Notes: a model not told the origin generated them from the letters alone. Positions 1 through 10,809 are shown, numbered from the stretch's first letter. The stretch: DNA of 14,830 bases from Candidatus Rokuibacteriota bacterium (GCA_016184305.1 JACPCX010000083.1:1-14830); one strand, 5' to 3'. A program made the numbers and translations.

Positions 1-98
1 TGCGGTTTGGCCTCTTCGGCCCTGCGGGCCTCTGATCATCCTGCCTGAATGGGGATGACGTCGCGTTGCGGCTTGGCCTCTTCGGCCCTGCGGGCCTC
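1..98. repeat. Two-copy 32-bp direct repeat (1-32 and 67-98, one mismatch), REP-like, downstream of sucC
   Basis: TGCGG(T/C)TTGGCCTCTTCGGCCCTGCGGGCCTC occurs twice with period 66 and has an internal palindrome GGCCC-TGC-GGGCC. The first copy touches the window edge, so more sequence may lie outside. Confidence 0.9.
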
Positions 99-113
99 AT
101 CGGGGCGTGCACT

Positions 114-1280
114 CTACCGCGCGCTGCGCGCCAGTTCGACGGCGCGGGCGGCGCCCGAGCCCATGTCGTCGGCGCTGGCGAAGTTGAGCCCGGACTCGGC
201 CAGCATCTTCTTCCCCAGCTCCACGTTGGTGCCCTCCATGCGGACCACCACGGGCATCTTGAGGCCGAGCTTCTTCACCGCGGTGATGACGCCCTCGGCC
301 AGCCGGTCGCAGCGGAGGATACCGCCAAACACGTTGATGAACACCGCCTTCACGCTCGGGTCGGAGGAGAGGATCCGGAAGGCGTTCTCGATCTGCTCCG
401 GCGAGGCCCCGCCCCCCACGTCGAGGAAGTTGGCCGGTTGCCCCCCCGCCAGCTTGATGATGTCCATGGTCGCCATCGCAAGCCCGGCGCCGTTCACCAT
501 GCAGCCGACGTTGCCGTCGAGCTTGATGTAGTTGAGGCCGTACTTCGAGGCCTCCACATCGAGCGGGTCCTCCTCGTTGATGTCGCGGAGCGCCACGATC
601 TCCTTGTGGCGGAAGAGCGCGCTGTCGTCGAAGTTGAGCTTGGCGTCCAGCGCCAGCACGCGCCCGTCGCGCGTCACCACGAGCGGGTTGATCTCGGCCA
701 GCGAGCAGTCCTTGTCGAGGTACGCCCGGAAGAGGCTCAGGATGAGGGACACGCCCGCATCGAACTGATCCCCCGACAGCCCCAGCCCGAAGGCCAGCGC
801 GCGCGCCTGGAAGGGCTGCAGCCCCAGCGTCGGATCAGTCCACTGGCGGATGATCTTCTCCGGATGCGTGGCGGCGACCTCCTCGATCTCCATGCCGCCC
901 GCCTGCGAGGCCATCACCACGTGCGTGGCGCGCGCGCGGTCGAGCGTCATGGAGAGGTAGAGCTCGGTCGCGATGGGCGAGGCCTCCTCCACGAGCACCT
1001 TGAGCACCTTGATCCCCTCGGGTGGCGTCTGCGGGGTCTTGAGCATCATGCCCAGGATCTGGCGCGCCGCGGCCTCGGCCGACGCCGGGTCGTCGGCCAG
1101 CTTCACGCCGCCCGCCTTGCCGCGCCCGCCCGCGTGCACCTGCGCCTTCACGACCACCTTTCCGCCGAGGCGCTCGGCGATCGCCCGGGCCTGGGTGGGT
1201 GTCTCGGCCACGTCGCCACCGGGCACGGGGACGCCGAACTGGCGCAGGATCGCCTTGGCCTGGTACTCGTGGATTTTCAT
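114..1280 (-). CDS. sucC: Succinyl-CoA synthetase beta subunit
   Basis: 388 aa. N-terminal [12 protein letters not shown]-grasp [36 protein letters not shown] and [11 protein letters not shown] motifs. Confidence 0.98.
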   Translation of the reverse strand: MKIHEYQAKAILRQFGVPVPGGDVAETPTQARAIAERLGGKVVVKAQVHAGGRGKAGGVKLADDPASAEAAARQILGMMLKTPQTPPEGIKVLKVLVEEASPIATELYLSMTLDRARATHVVMASQAGGMEIEEVAATHPEKIIRQWTDPTLGLQPFQARALAFGLGLSGDQFDAGVSLILSLFRAYLDKDCSLAEINPLVVTRDGRVLALDAKLNFDDSALFRHKEIVALRDINEEDPLDVEASKYGLNYIKLDGNVGCMVNGAGLAMATMDIIKLAGGQPANFLDVGGGASPEQIENAFRILSSDPSVKAVFINVFGGILRCDRLAEGVITAVKKLGLKMPVVVRMEGTNVELGKKMLAESGLNFASADDMGSGAARAVELARSAR

Positions 1281-1408
1281 GGCTCGCTCTCGCTCGGCGG
1301 GTCTTCCATATCCGCTCGGCTCGCCTTCGGCTGCACCTCGCCGCCTCGCTCCGCTCGGGGGATCTCCATATCCGCTCGGCTCGCCTTCGGCTGCACCTCG
1401 CCCATCAT
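1277..1408 (-). CDS. Putative 43-aa repeat-encoded mini-ORF bridging sdhB and sucC ([43 protein letters not shown])
   Basis: The ATG at 1408 overlaps the sdhB TGA (ATGA), and its TGA at 1277-1279 overlaps the sucC ATG (ATGA). There is no internal stop. Translation is not demonstrated. Confidence 0.5.
   Translation of the reverse strand: MMGEVQPKASRADMEIPRAERGGEVQPKASRADMEDPPSESEP
1283..1402. repeat. Tandem ~60-bp repeat, two copies, with an identical 38-bp core (1305-1342 and 1365-1402)
   Basis: TCCATATCCGCTCGGCTCGCCTTCGGCTGCACCTCGCC is exact in both copies. The flanking CTCGCT(CT/C)CGCTCGG segment is degenerate. The repeat fills the sdhB-sucC gap. Confidence 0.95.
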
Positions 1409-2154
1409 CTCACTCCGACCTTGCGCAGGAGCCAGACGACGGGATCGTAGGACTCGGTGACGATGCGCTCCTTGAGCGGGATGATGGCGTTGTCCGTGAT
1501 GTGGATATGCTCGGGGCAGACCTCGGTGCAGCACTTCGTGATGTTGCAGAAACCCAGGCCCGCCTTGACCCTGGCCAGCTCCTTGCGGTCATGGGTATCC
1601 AGCGGGTGCATCTCCAGCTCCGCCAGCCGCATGAAGAAGCGCGGGCCCGCGAACGCCGGCTTGTTCTCCTCGTGGTCGCGGATGACGTGGCAGACGTTCT
1701 GGCACAGGAAGCACTCGATACACTTGCGGAACTCCTGGCCGCGCTCGACATCCTCCTGGAACATGCGCCGCGTGCCGTCGGGCTCCTTGGGCCCGGGCCT
1801 GAAGGCGGGAATCGTCTTCGCCTTCTCGTAGTTGAAGGTGACGTCCGTCGCCAGGTCCCGGATGAGCGGGAAGGTCTTCATGGGCGCCACGGTGATGGTC
1901 TCACCGGCCGTGAACGTGTTCATCCGCGTCATGCACATGAGCCGCGGCTTGCCGTTGATCTCGGCGCTGCAGGAGCCGCACTTGCCGGCCTTGCAGTTCC
2001 AGCGCACGGCGAGGTCCCCGGCCTGGGTGGCCTGGATGGCGTGGATCACGTCCAGCACCACCATGCCCTCCTGGGACTGGACCCGGTACTCCTTGAAGGC
2101 GCCGCCCTTGGCGTCGCCGCGCCACACCCGCATCGTGACTTCGGAGGCGGCCAT
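1405..2154 (-). CDS. sdhB: Succinate dehydrogenase/fumarate reductase iron-sulfur subunit (Sdh1-type)
   Basis: 249 aa from the ATG at 2154 (TAATG overlap with the sdhA stop). Cys motifs [21 protein letters not shown] and [12 protein letters not shown]. The ORF-track start at 2523 lies inside sdhA and is rejected. Confidence 0.95.
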   Translation of the reverse strand: MAASEVTMRVWRGDAKGGAFKEYRVQSQEGMVVLDVIHAIQATQAGDLAVRWNCKAGKCGSCSAEINGKPRLMCMTRMNTFTAGETITVAPMKTFPLIRDLATDVTFNYEKAKTIPAFRPGPKEPDGTRRMFQEDVERGQEFRKCIECFLCQNVCHVIRDHEENKPAFAGPRFFMRLAELEMHPLDTHDRKELARVKAGLGFCNITKCCTEVCPEHIHITDNAIIPLKERIVTESYDPVVWLLRKVGVR

Positions 2155-3956
2155 TATTTCTTCTCCTCGAAGAGCTTCTTGAGGTCGTCGGGCATCTCCA
2201 GGAGCGGCTCCGGGGAGACGCTGATCTCGTCGTTCTTCCGGCGCACGACCACGTTGACCTTGCCCCACTTGGGATCGGCCTTGGGATAGTCGTCCCGGGT
2301 GTGGCCGCCGCGGCTTTCCTTGCGCTCCAGCGCCGCCTGCGTGACGGCCTCGGAGACGGCGAGCATCGCGAGCAGGTCGAGCGTGAGGTGCCAGGCGGGG
2401 TTGAACGCCCGGCCGCCCTCGACCGCGACGCGCCCCAGCCGCTGCTTGAACACGCCGATCTCCTCCAGCGCCTTCTTGAGCTCGCCCTCGGTGCGGATGA
2501 TTCCCACGAGCGACTGCATGCATTCCTGCAGATCGGCGTGGACCGCGTAGGGGTTCTCGTTGCCCTTGCCCTGGAAGGGCTTCAGGATGCCCTGCACGCC
2601 CGCCTCCACCTGACCCGCATCCACGGTCAGCTTGCCGCTCAGCGACTTGACGTACTGGGCCGCGTAGAGCCCGGCCCGGCGCCCGAAGACCACGAGATCC
2701 GAGAGCGAGTTGCCGCCGAGTCGGTTCGCTCCGTGCAGCCCCCCGGCCGCCTCGCCCGCGGCGAAGAGCCCGGGCACGCAGGTCGCCGTGCTGTCGGCGT
2801 CAACCCGGATCCCGCCGTTCATGTAGTGGCAGGTGGGGCCGACCTCCATGGGCTCTTTCGTGATGTCCACGTCCGCCAGCTCCTTGAACTGGTGGTACAT
2901 GGACGGCAGCCGCTTGCGGATGTAGTCCGCCGGCCGCCGGGAGGCGATGTCGAGGTAGACGCCGCCGTGGGGGGTGCCGCGGCCGGCCTTCACCTCGGAG
3001 TTGATCGCCCGGGCCACCTCGTCCCTCGGCAGGAGGTCCGGGGTGCGGCGGTTCTTCTTGTCCTCGTACCAGGCGTCGGCCTCTTTCTCGTTGTCCGCCG
3101 TCTCCGCCTTGAAGAACTCCGGGATGTAATTGAACATGAAGCGCTTGCCTTCCGAGTTCGTGAGCGTGCCGCCGTCGCCGCGCACCCCCTCCGTCACCAG
3201 GATGCCACGCACGCTGGGCGGCCACACCATCCCCGTGGGGTGGAACTGGTGGCACTCCATGTCGATGAGCTCGGCGCCCGCGTCCAGCGCCAGCCGGATG
3301 CCGTCCCCGGTGCACTCCCAGGAGTTGGACGTGAATTTCCACGACTTCCCGATCCCGCCCGTGGCGAGCACCACCGCCTTGGTCTTGAACACCACGAGCT
3401 GGCCGGTGGGCCGGAAGTACCCCACGGCGCCCGAAACGCGGTTGCCGTCCTTGACCAGGCGCTGGATGTTGCACTCCATGTGCACCTCGAGGCCCTTGTG
3501 CACGGCATGCTGCTGCAGCGTGCGGATCAGCTCGAGGCCGGTGCGGTCGCCGATGTGCGCGAGCCGCGCGTAGCGGTGGCCGCCGAAGTCGCGCTGCGAG
3601 ATGAGGCCGGCCTTGGTGCGGTCGAACAGCGCCCCCCACTCCTCCAGCTCGAGCACCCGGTCGGGCGACTCCTGGGCGTGGAGCTGGGCCATGCGCCAGT
3701 TGTTGAGCATCTTGCCGCCGCGCATGGTGTCGCGGAAGTGGACCTGCCAGTTGTCCTCCTTCCAGACATTGCCCATGGCCGCGGCCATGCCCCCCTCGGC
3801 CATGACGGTGTGGGCCTTGCCCAGGAGCGACTTGCAGACGAGCGCCGTCCGGGCGCCCTGGGCGGAGGCCTCGATCGCCGCCCGGAGCCCGGCCCCGCCG
3901 GCCCCGATGACGAGAACGTCGTACTCGTGGGTCTGGTACTTCGTGTCGGCAGCCAT
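2154..3956 (-). CDS. sdhA: Succinate dehydrogenase/fumarate reductase flavoprotein subunit (Sdh1-type)
   Basis: 600 aa. GAGGAG Rossmann motif, KAHTVMAEGG with the covalent-FAD His, [32 protein letters not shown] and ESRGGH. Confidence 0.96.
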   Translation of the reverse strand: MAADTKYQTHEYDVLVIGAGGAGLRAAIEASAQGARTALVCKSLLGKAHTVMAEGGMAAAMGNVWKEDNWQVHFRDTMRGGKMLNNWRMAQLHAQESPDRVLELEEWGALFDRTKAGLISQRDFGGHRYARLAHIGDRTGLELIRTLQQHAVHKGLEVHMECNIQRLVKDGNRVSGAVGYFRPTGQLVVFKTKAVVLATGGIGKSWKFTSNSWECTGDGIRLALDAGAELIDMECHQFHPTGMVWPPSVRGILVTEGVRGDGGTLTNSEGKRFMFNYIPEFFKAETADNEKEADAWYEDKKNRRTPDLLPRDEVARAINSEVKAGRGTPHGGVYLDIASRRPADYIRKRLPSMYHQFKELADVDITKEPMEVGPTCHYMNGGIRVDADSTATCVPGLFAAGEAAGGLHGANRLGGNSLSDLVVFGRRAGLYAAQYVKSLSGKLTVDAGQVEAGVQGILKPFQGKGNENPYAVHADLQECMQSLVGIIRTEGELKKALEEIGVFKQRLGRVAVEGGRAFNPAWHLTLDLLAMLAVSEAVTQAALERKESRGGHTRDDYPKADPKWGKVNVVVRRKNDEISVSPEPLLEMPDDLKKLFEEKK

Positions 3957-3986
3957 TAGCGAACCTCCCGGGAGGAAAACATCGCT

Positions 3987-4766
3987 CTAGAAGAACCTGA
4001 GGTCTCTGATGACGCCCATGGAGAGCAGCCGCACGTACACATCGGTCAGCCCCACCCAGATCAGGCTGATCCAGGCGAAGAGCATGTGGCGCTCGTTCAG
4101 CCGGCTGATCGTGCGCCAGAGCGAGTACTTGGCCGGCCGCGAGTGGAACGCGTCGAGGTGCCCGCCGCAGAGGTGCCGGCAGGAGTGGCAGGAGATGGAG
4201 TAGAGCGTCAGCAGCGCCGCGTTGAGCAGCAGCACGAGCGTCCCGACGCCCACGCCGAACCCGTCCTTGAAGCGGAAGGCCAGGACGGCGTCCCACCACA
4301 GGAAGGCCACGATCACCAGCGAGAGCCAGAAGAAGTAGCGGTGGATGTTCTGCAGCAGGAAGGGGAAGCGCGTCTCGCCGGTGTAGCGCTTCGCCACATC
4401 CCGCACGGCGCAGCCCGGCGGCGAGCCGAAGAAGGAACGGTAGTAGGCCTTGCGGTAGTAGTAGCACGTGGCGCGGAACCCGCCCGGGATCCAGAGGATC
4501 AGGAAGGCGGGGGAGAGGTTCCACCACGACCCGAACAGCGGCCAGGTCACATGCTGGCAGCTGGTGGCCAGACAGGGCGAATAGAAGGGGGAGAGGTACG
4601 GGGCCGCGTAGTAGTGGGCGTTCTGGAGCGCGACCCACGTGGCGTACACGACGAAGCTCCCCAGGAGCAGGATCACCAGCGCGGGCTCGATCCACCACGC
4701 GTCCGTGCGCAGCGTCGCTCTCGGGATGACCTCGCCCCGCTGGTTGCCGAAGGGCTCGTTCTTCAT
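3987..4766 (-). CDS. Sdh1-type (mycobacterial Rv0249c-like) membrane anchor, probable membrane-embedded Rieske-type Fe-S protein
   Basis: 259 aa, several hydrophobic helices. YLSPFYSP, FRATCYYYRKAYYRSF, YTGETRFP..QNIHRYF, SCHSCRH and RHMLFAW are motifs I recognise from this family. It lies directly upstream of sdhA. Confidence 0.85.
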   Translation of the reverse strand: MKNEPFGNQRGEVIPRATLRTDAWWIEPALVILLLGSFVVYATWVALQNAHYYAAPYLSPFYSPCLATSCQHVTWPLFGSWWNLSPAFLILWIPGGFRATCYYYRKAYYRSFFGSPPGCAVRDVAKRYTGETRFPFLLQNIHRYFFWLSLVIVAFLWWDAVLAFRFKDGFGVGVGTLVLLLNAALLTLYSISCHSCRHLCGGHLDAFHSRPAKYSLWRTISRLNERHMLFAWISLIWVGLTDVYVRLLSMGVIRDLRFF

Positions 4767-4784
4767 CGGTGTCCTCGCATTCTC

Positions 4785-5357
4785 TCAGTCCCGGGCGAAC
4801 TGCTTCACGCCGTTCTGGTAGAGATCGCCGCCGTGGCAGTCGTTGATCACGATGGCGGGGAAGCCCTCCACCTCGAGGCGCCGGATGGCTTCGGTCCCCA
4901 GGTCCTCGTAGGCGACGATCTCGAGCTTCTTGACGAAGCGGGAGAGCACCGCGCCCGCGCCGCCGATGGCGCCGAGGTAGACCGCCTTGTTCGCCGTGAG
5001 GGCATCCTTCACCGGCTGCGAGCGCGAGCCCTTGCCGATGGTCCCCTTGAGGCCGAGGCCGTAGAGCGTAGGCGTGTACTTGTCCATGCGGCTGGCGGTG
5101 GTGGGACCGATGGAGCCCACGACCTCGCCGGGGCGGGCCGGCGAGGGACCCGTGTAGTAGATGATCTGCCCGCGAATGTCGATCGGCAGCGGCTTGCCGG
5201 CCTCGATGAGCGGCAGCAGCCTGCCGTGGGCGGCGTCCCGGGCGGTGTAGAGCACGCCCGTGATCCGGACGCGGTCGCCGGCCTTGAGCGACTCGGCGTC
5301 GGCGTCGGTGAGCGGCGGGGTGATGTCCTTGATTCCGTCAGCCGCCGTGGTGATCAC
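4785..5357 (-). CDS. fumB: Class I fumarate hydratase beta subunit (Fe-S hydro-lyase, tartrate/fumarate family)
   Basis: 190 aa. TARDAAH, GPTTASRMD, IGKG, GGAGA and EDLGTEA motifs. GTGA overlap with the alpha-subunit stop. Confidence 0.9.
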   Translation of the reverse strand: MITTAADGIKDITPPLTDADAESLKAGDRVRITGVLYTARDAAHGRLLPLIEAGKPLPIDIRGQIIYYTGPSPARPGEVVGSIGPTTASRMDKYTPTLYGLGLKGTIGKGSRSQPVKDALTANKAVYLGAIGGAGAVLSRFVKKLEIVAYEDLGTEAIRRLEVEGFPAIVINDCHGGDLYQNGVKQFARD

Positions 5358-6202
5358 AACGTCACCTCTTTGTGTCTATGCGCGTGGCACTCGATGGTGA
5401 CGGCCACCGGCAGGCTGGTGATGTGGCACGGGTACGTGAGGATGTGGATGCCGAGCGCCGTGGTGTCGCCACCGTAGCCCTGCGGGCCGATGCCGAGGCG
5501 GTTGGCCCGGTCGAGCAGGTCCTTCTCGAGCGCGTCCACCGTGGGGTCGGGGTTGGGGCTGCCCAGCTCCCGGAACAGCGCCTTCTTGGACAGCAGCGCC
5601 GCCTTCTCGAAGGTGCCGCCGATGCCGACGCCGACCACGAGCGGCGGGCAGGCGTCGGGGCCCGCGGTCTTGATGCACTCGATCACCCAGGACTTCGCGC
5701 CCTCCACTCCCTCGGCGGGGGTGAGCATCTTGTACTTCGACCGGTTCTCGCAGCCGCCGCCCTTGGGCATGATCTGGATCTTGAGGTGGGGGCCCGGCAC
5801 CACCTCCACGTGGATCACGGCCGGGGTGTTGTCGCCGGTGTTCACCCGATCGAAGGGGGAGCGGACGATGGAGGCGCGGAGGTAGCCTTCCGTGTACCCC
5901 TGCCGCACCCCCTCGTTGATGGCGTCCACCAGGAGCCCGCCCGTCACGTGGACGTCCTGCCCCAGCTCGACGAAGCAGACCACGAACCCGGTGTCCTGGC
6001 AGTACGGGATCTTCTTCGTCCGGGCGAGCTCGGCATTGTCCTTCAGGATCTGGAGCACCTGCCGGCCCGCGGCCGAGCGCTCCGTCTGGAGCGCCCGGTC
6101 GAAAGCCCGCAGCATGTCCGGCTCGAGCTCGTAGTTCGCCTCCATGCAGAGCTTCTTGACCGCATCGGTGATCGACGAGATGTGGAGGTCTCTCATGGTC
6201 AT
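5354..6202 (-). CDS. fumA: Class I fumarate hydratase alpha subunit
   Basis: PYCQDTG, NTGDNTP, PKGGGCEN, DACPP, GIGPQGYGG, PCHITSLPVA and CHAHRH motifs. The start is uncertain: ATG 6202, ATG 6196, or GTG 6223 overlapping the mdh stop. Confidence 0.9.
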   Translation of the reverse strand: MTMRDLHISSITDAVKKLCMEANYELEPDMLRAFDRALQTERSAAGRQVLQILKDNAELARTKKIPYCQDTGFVVCFVELGQDVHVTGGLLVDAINEGVRQGYTEGYLRASIVRSPFDRVNTGDNTPAVIHVEVVPGPHLKIQIMPKGGGCENRSKYKMLTPAEGVEGAKSWVIECIKTAGPDACPPLVVGVGIGGTFEKAALLSKKALFRELGSPNPDPTVDALEKDLLDRANRLGIGPQGYGGDTTALGIHILTYPCHITSLPVAVTIECHAHRHKEVTL

Positions 6203-6219
6203 GCCCGGAGGCCGCGCGC

Positions 6220-8414
<2,195 letters not shown>

Positions 8415-8427
8415 GGAGTCTCCTTGA

Positions 8428-8559
8428 CCTGGGGCGGGCACCCGGGCTATCGCCACGCCCGCGTCTCTCACCAGGGATGGGCCCCCGGGCTGTCGCCCGC
8501 CCATCCCCGACGGAACCTCGCGTTGGGTGCCTTCACCCACGTGACGTCAGCCGCCGTCG
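8428..8559 (-). ncRNA. Candidate structured cis-regulatory RNA upstream of icd
   Basis: Three hairpins. CGACGG...CCGTCG encloses TGGGTG-AAGG-CACCCA. GGGATGGGC-GGGCGACAGCCC-GGG-GCCCATCCC and GCGGGC-GTGGCGATAGCCCGGGT-GCCCGC are related copies with compensatory stem changes. Confidence 0.4.
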
Positions 8560-10662
8560 TCCTCCGCGGATGCTCACCCGGTCGGCCTGCTCGACGAGGT
8601 CGTAGTCCTTCGGGTCGGCGAAGGTCAGCGGCAGGATCCCCTGCTTCTTGAGGTTGGTCTCGTGGATGCGGGCGAAGCTCTTGACGATCACGGCGCGGCC
8701 GCCCAGGTAGCGGGGCGACATGGCGGCGTGCTCGCGGCTCGACCCCTCGCCGTAGTTCTCGTCGCCGATCACCACCCAGCCGGTGCTCCGGCCCTTGAGG
8801 TCGCGGGCGGTCTTCGTGAACGACTGTCCCGCCTCTCCCGTGACGGGATTGACGCCCTTGCCCGCCTCCCCCGTGAAGGCGTTGACCGCGCCCAGGAACA
8901 TGTTGTCGCTGATCTTGTCCAGGTGGCCCCGGTACTTGAGCCACGCGCCCGCCGGCGAGATGTGGTCCGTCGTGGTCTTGCCCTTGGTCTTCACCAGAAG
9001 TGGCAGCTCCGCGATGTCCTTGCCATCCCATCTCGGGAAAGGCTGGAGGAGCTGGAGCCGCTCGCTGTCCGGCGGGACCTGCACGCTCACGCTGTCCGGG
9101 TCGTCCACGGGCGCCTCGTACCCCTCCTCGCCCCGCGCGAAGCCCTGGGGCGGCAGCTGCTCCCCCTCGGGCGGCGTGAAGCGGAAGGGCCGCCCGTCGG
9201 GCCCCGGCAGCGTGCCGTGCACCGGATCGAACTCGAGCGTGCCCGCGAAGGCCAGCGCGGTGACGATCTCGGGGCTCGTCAGGAACGAGAGCGTGGCAGC
9301 GCTGCCGTCGTTGCGCCCCGGGAAGTTCCGGTTGAACGAGGAGACGATCGTGTTGGCCTCGGTCGCCGCCACGTCCGAGCGCTTCCACTGGCCGATGCAG
9401 GGCCCGCAGGCGTTGGCCAGGACCGTGCCCCCGATCTTCTCGAAGGTGCCGATGAGCCCGTCGCGCTTGATGGTCTGGTAGATCCGCTCGGAGCCCGGGG
9501 TGACGAGGAAGGGCGTCTTTGCCTTGAGGCCCGCCTTGAGCCCCTGCATGGCGATGTGGGCGGCGCGCTTCATGTCCTCGTAGGAGGAGTTGGTGCAGGA
9601 GCCGATGAGCGCCGCCTTGATCGGGGCCGGCCACCCCTCCTTCTGCACCTCGGCGGCGAGCTGGGAAATGGGGCGCGCGCGGTCCGGTGAGTGCGGGCCC
9701 ACGACGTGGGGCTCGAGCTCGGTGAGGTCGATCTCCACCACCTCGTCGAAGTACTTCTTCGGGTCCGCCAGCACCTCCGGGTCGGCCACCAGATGCGCGC
9801 GGTACTGCTCGGCGAGCGCCGCCGCGTCTGCCCGCTCGGTGGCGCGTAGATATTCGGCCATCCGATCGTCGAAGTGGAAGAGGGAGGTGGTGGCGCCCAG
9901 CTCCGCCCCCATGTTGCAGATGGTGCCCTTCCCGGTGGCGCTGACGGACTCGGCCCCGGGACCGAAGTACTCGATGATCTTGTTGGTGCCGCCCTTCACG
10001 GTGAGGAGCCCGCAGAGGTACGTGATGATGTCCTTGGGCGAGGACCAGCCCGAGAGCTTGCCGGTGAGGCGCACGCCGATGAGCTTGGGGTGCAGCACCT
10101 CCCACGCCAGTCCCGCCATGGCCTCGCCACAGTCGGCGCCGCCCACACCGATGGCCGCCATGCCGAGGCCGCCGGCATTGGGCGTATGCGAGTCGGCGCC
10201 GATCATGAGGCCGCCAGGAAAGGCGTAGTTCTCGAGGATCACCTGGTGGATGATGCCGGAGCCGGGTTTCCAGAAGCCAAGGCCGTACTTGCGCGCGGCC
10301 GAGCGGAGGAAGTCGTAGACCTCGTTGTTCTCGGTGACGGCGCGCTTCATGTCCTCGGAGGCGCCGCTCTGGGCCCGGATCAGGTGGTCACAGTGGACGG
10401 TGCTGGGCACCGCGACGCGTTTCTTTCCCGCCTGCATGAACTGGAGCAGCGCCATCTGCCCCGTGGCGTCCTGCAGGGCCACGCGATCCACGCGGAGCCG
10501 GAGCTGAGCCTGGCCACGGCTCCACTCCTGCGCATCGAAGTCGGCGGCGTGGCTGACCAGGATCTTCTCGGCCAGGGTGAGCCCGCGGCCGAAGCGCCGG
10601 CGCGCGTGCTCGAGCTTGGCGGGCATGGACTCGTAGAGCCGCTTGATCTGATCTGCCGCCAT
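8533..10662 (-). CDS. acnA: Aconitate hydratase, mitochondrial-like type; conserved C-terminal segment appears to be missing
   Basis: 709 aa from the ATG at 10662 (SD AGGAGG at 10669-10674). [63 protein letters not shown] and [13 protein letters not shown]. Similarity stops after DRVSIRG. Confidence 0.93.
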   Translation of the reverse strand: MAADQIKRLYESMPAKLEHARRRFGRGLTLAEKILVSHAADFDAQEWSRGQAQLRLRVDRVALQDATGQMALLQFMQAGKKRVAVPSTVHCDHLIRAQSGASEDMKRAVTENNEVYDFLRSAARKYGLGFWKPGSGIIHQVILENYAFPGGLMIGADSHTPNAGGLGMAAIGVGGADCGEAMAGLAWEVLHPKLIGVRLTGKLSGWSSPKDIITYLCGLLTVKGGTNKIIEYFGPGAESVSATGKGTICNMGAELGATTSLFHFDDRMAEYLRATERADAAALAEQYRAHLVADPEVLADPKKYFDEVVEIDLTELEPHVVGPHSPDRARPISQLAAEVQKEGWPAPIKAALIGSCTNSSYEDMKRAAHIAMQGLKAGLKAKTPFLVTPGSERIYQTIKRDGLIGTFEKIGGTVLANACGPCIGQWKRSDVAATEANTIVSSFNRNFPGRNDGSAATLSFLTSPEIVTALAFAGTLEFDPVHGTLPGPDGRPFRFTPPEGEQLPPQGFARGEEGYEAPVDDPDSVSVQVPPDSERLQLLQPFPRWDGKDIAELPLLVKTKGKTTTDHISPAGAWLKYRGHLDKISDNMFLGAVNAFTGEAGKGVNPVTGEAGQSFTKTARDLKGRSTGWVVIGDENYGEGSSREHAAMSPRYLGGRAVIVKSFARIHETNLKKQGILPLTFADPKDYDLVEQADRVSIRGGRRRLTSRG

Positions 10663-10728
10663 GGAGGACCTCCTCGATCGACCTGACCGCATCCCGACCG
10701 GGTCCCGATTCGGGGCCACACAGACGTA

Positions 10729-10760
10729 TCGCCTCCCGCCAGTCTCTGGACAGGAGGCGA
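10729..10760 (-). promoter_or_regulatory. Stable hairpin in the predicted acn 5' leader
   Basis: Minus strand TCGCCTCCTG-T-CCAG-AGA-CTGG-CGGGAGGCGA: a 10-bp lower stem (one G-U), a single bulge and a 4-bp upper stem. No U-tract follows. Confidence 0.5.
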
Positions 10761-10779
10761 CCGTTCCAATCCGATGATC

Positions 10780-10809
10780 ACGCTAGCATGACGCGCAGCG
10801 ACAGGTCAA
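10780..10809 (-). promoter_or_regulatory. Putative sigma70-type promoter for the TCA operon
   Basis: TTGACC (10804-10809), an 18-nt spacer ending in TGC (extended -10), then TAGCGT (10780-10785). Confidence 0.55.

Noticed and set aside
1..98. CRISPR array (32-nt repeat with a 34-nt spacer)
   Set aside because: Only two copies are visible, inside a housekeeping operon, with no cas genes or AT-rich leader and no typical repeat end. It cannot be fully excluded because the window cuts the first copy.
1305..1402. CRISPR array (38-nt repeat)
   Set aside because: The intervening sequence resembles the sequence flanking the other copy, so this is a tandem duplication rather than unique spacers.
8533..8535. 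Selenocysteine or readthrough at the aconitase TGA, which sits in a hairpin
   Set aside because: Similarity is already lost about 9 codons before the stop, and the downstream sequence does not encode the missing aconitase tail.
8415..8540. N-terminal extensions from the ORF track (icd 8540, acn 10719, mdh 7200, sdhB 2523, Fe-S 11811, flavoprotein 14147)
   Set aside because: Downstream starts match the family N-termini and have SD sequences, stop/start overlaps or promoter positions that fit better.
10729..10760. Canonical iron-responsive element (contains CAGAGA) or intrinsic terminator
   Set aside because: The CAG is paired in the best stem, the bulged-C plus 5-bp geometry is absent, and no U-tract follows on either strand.
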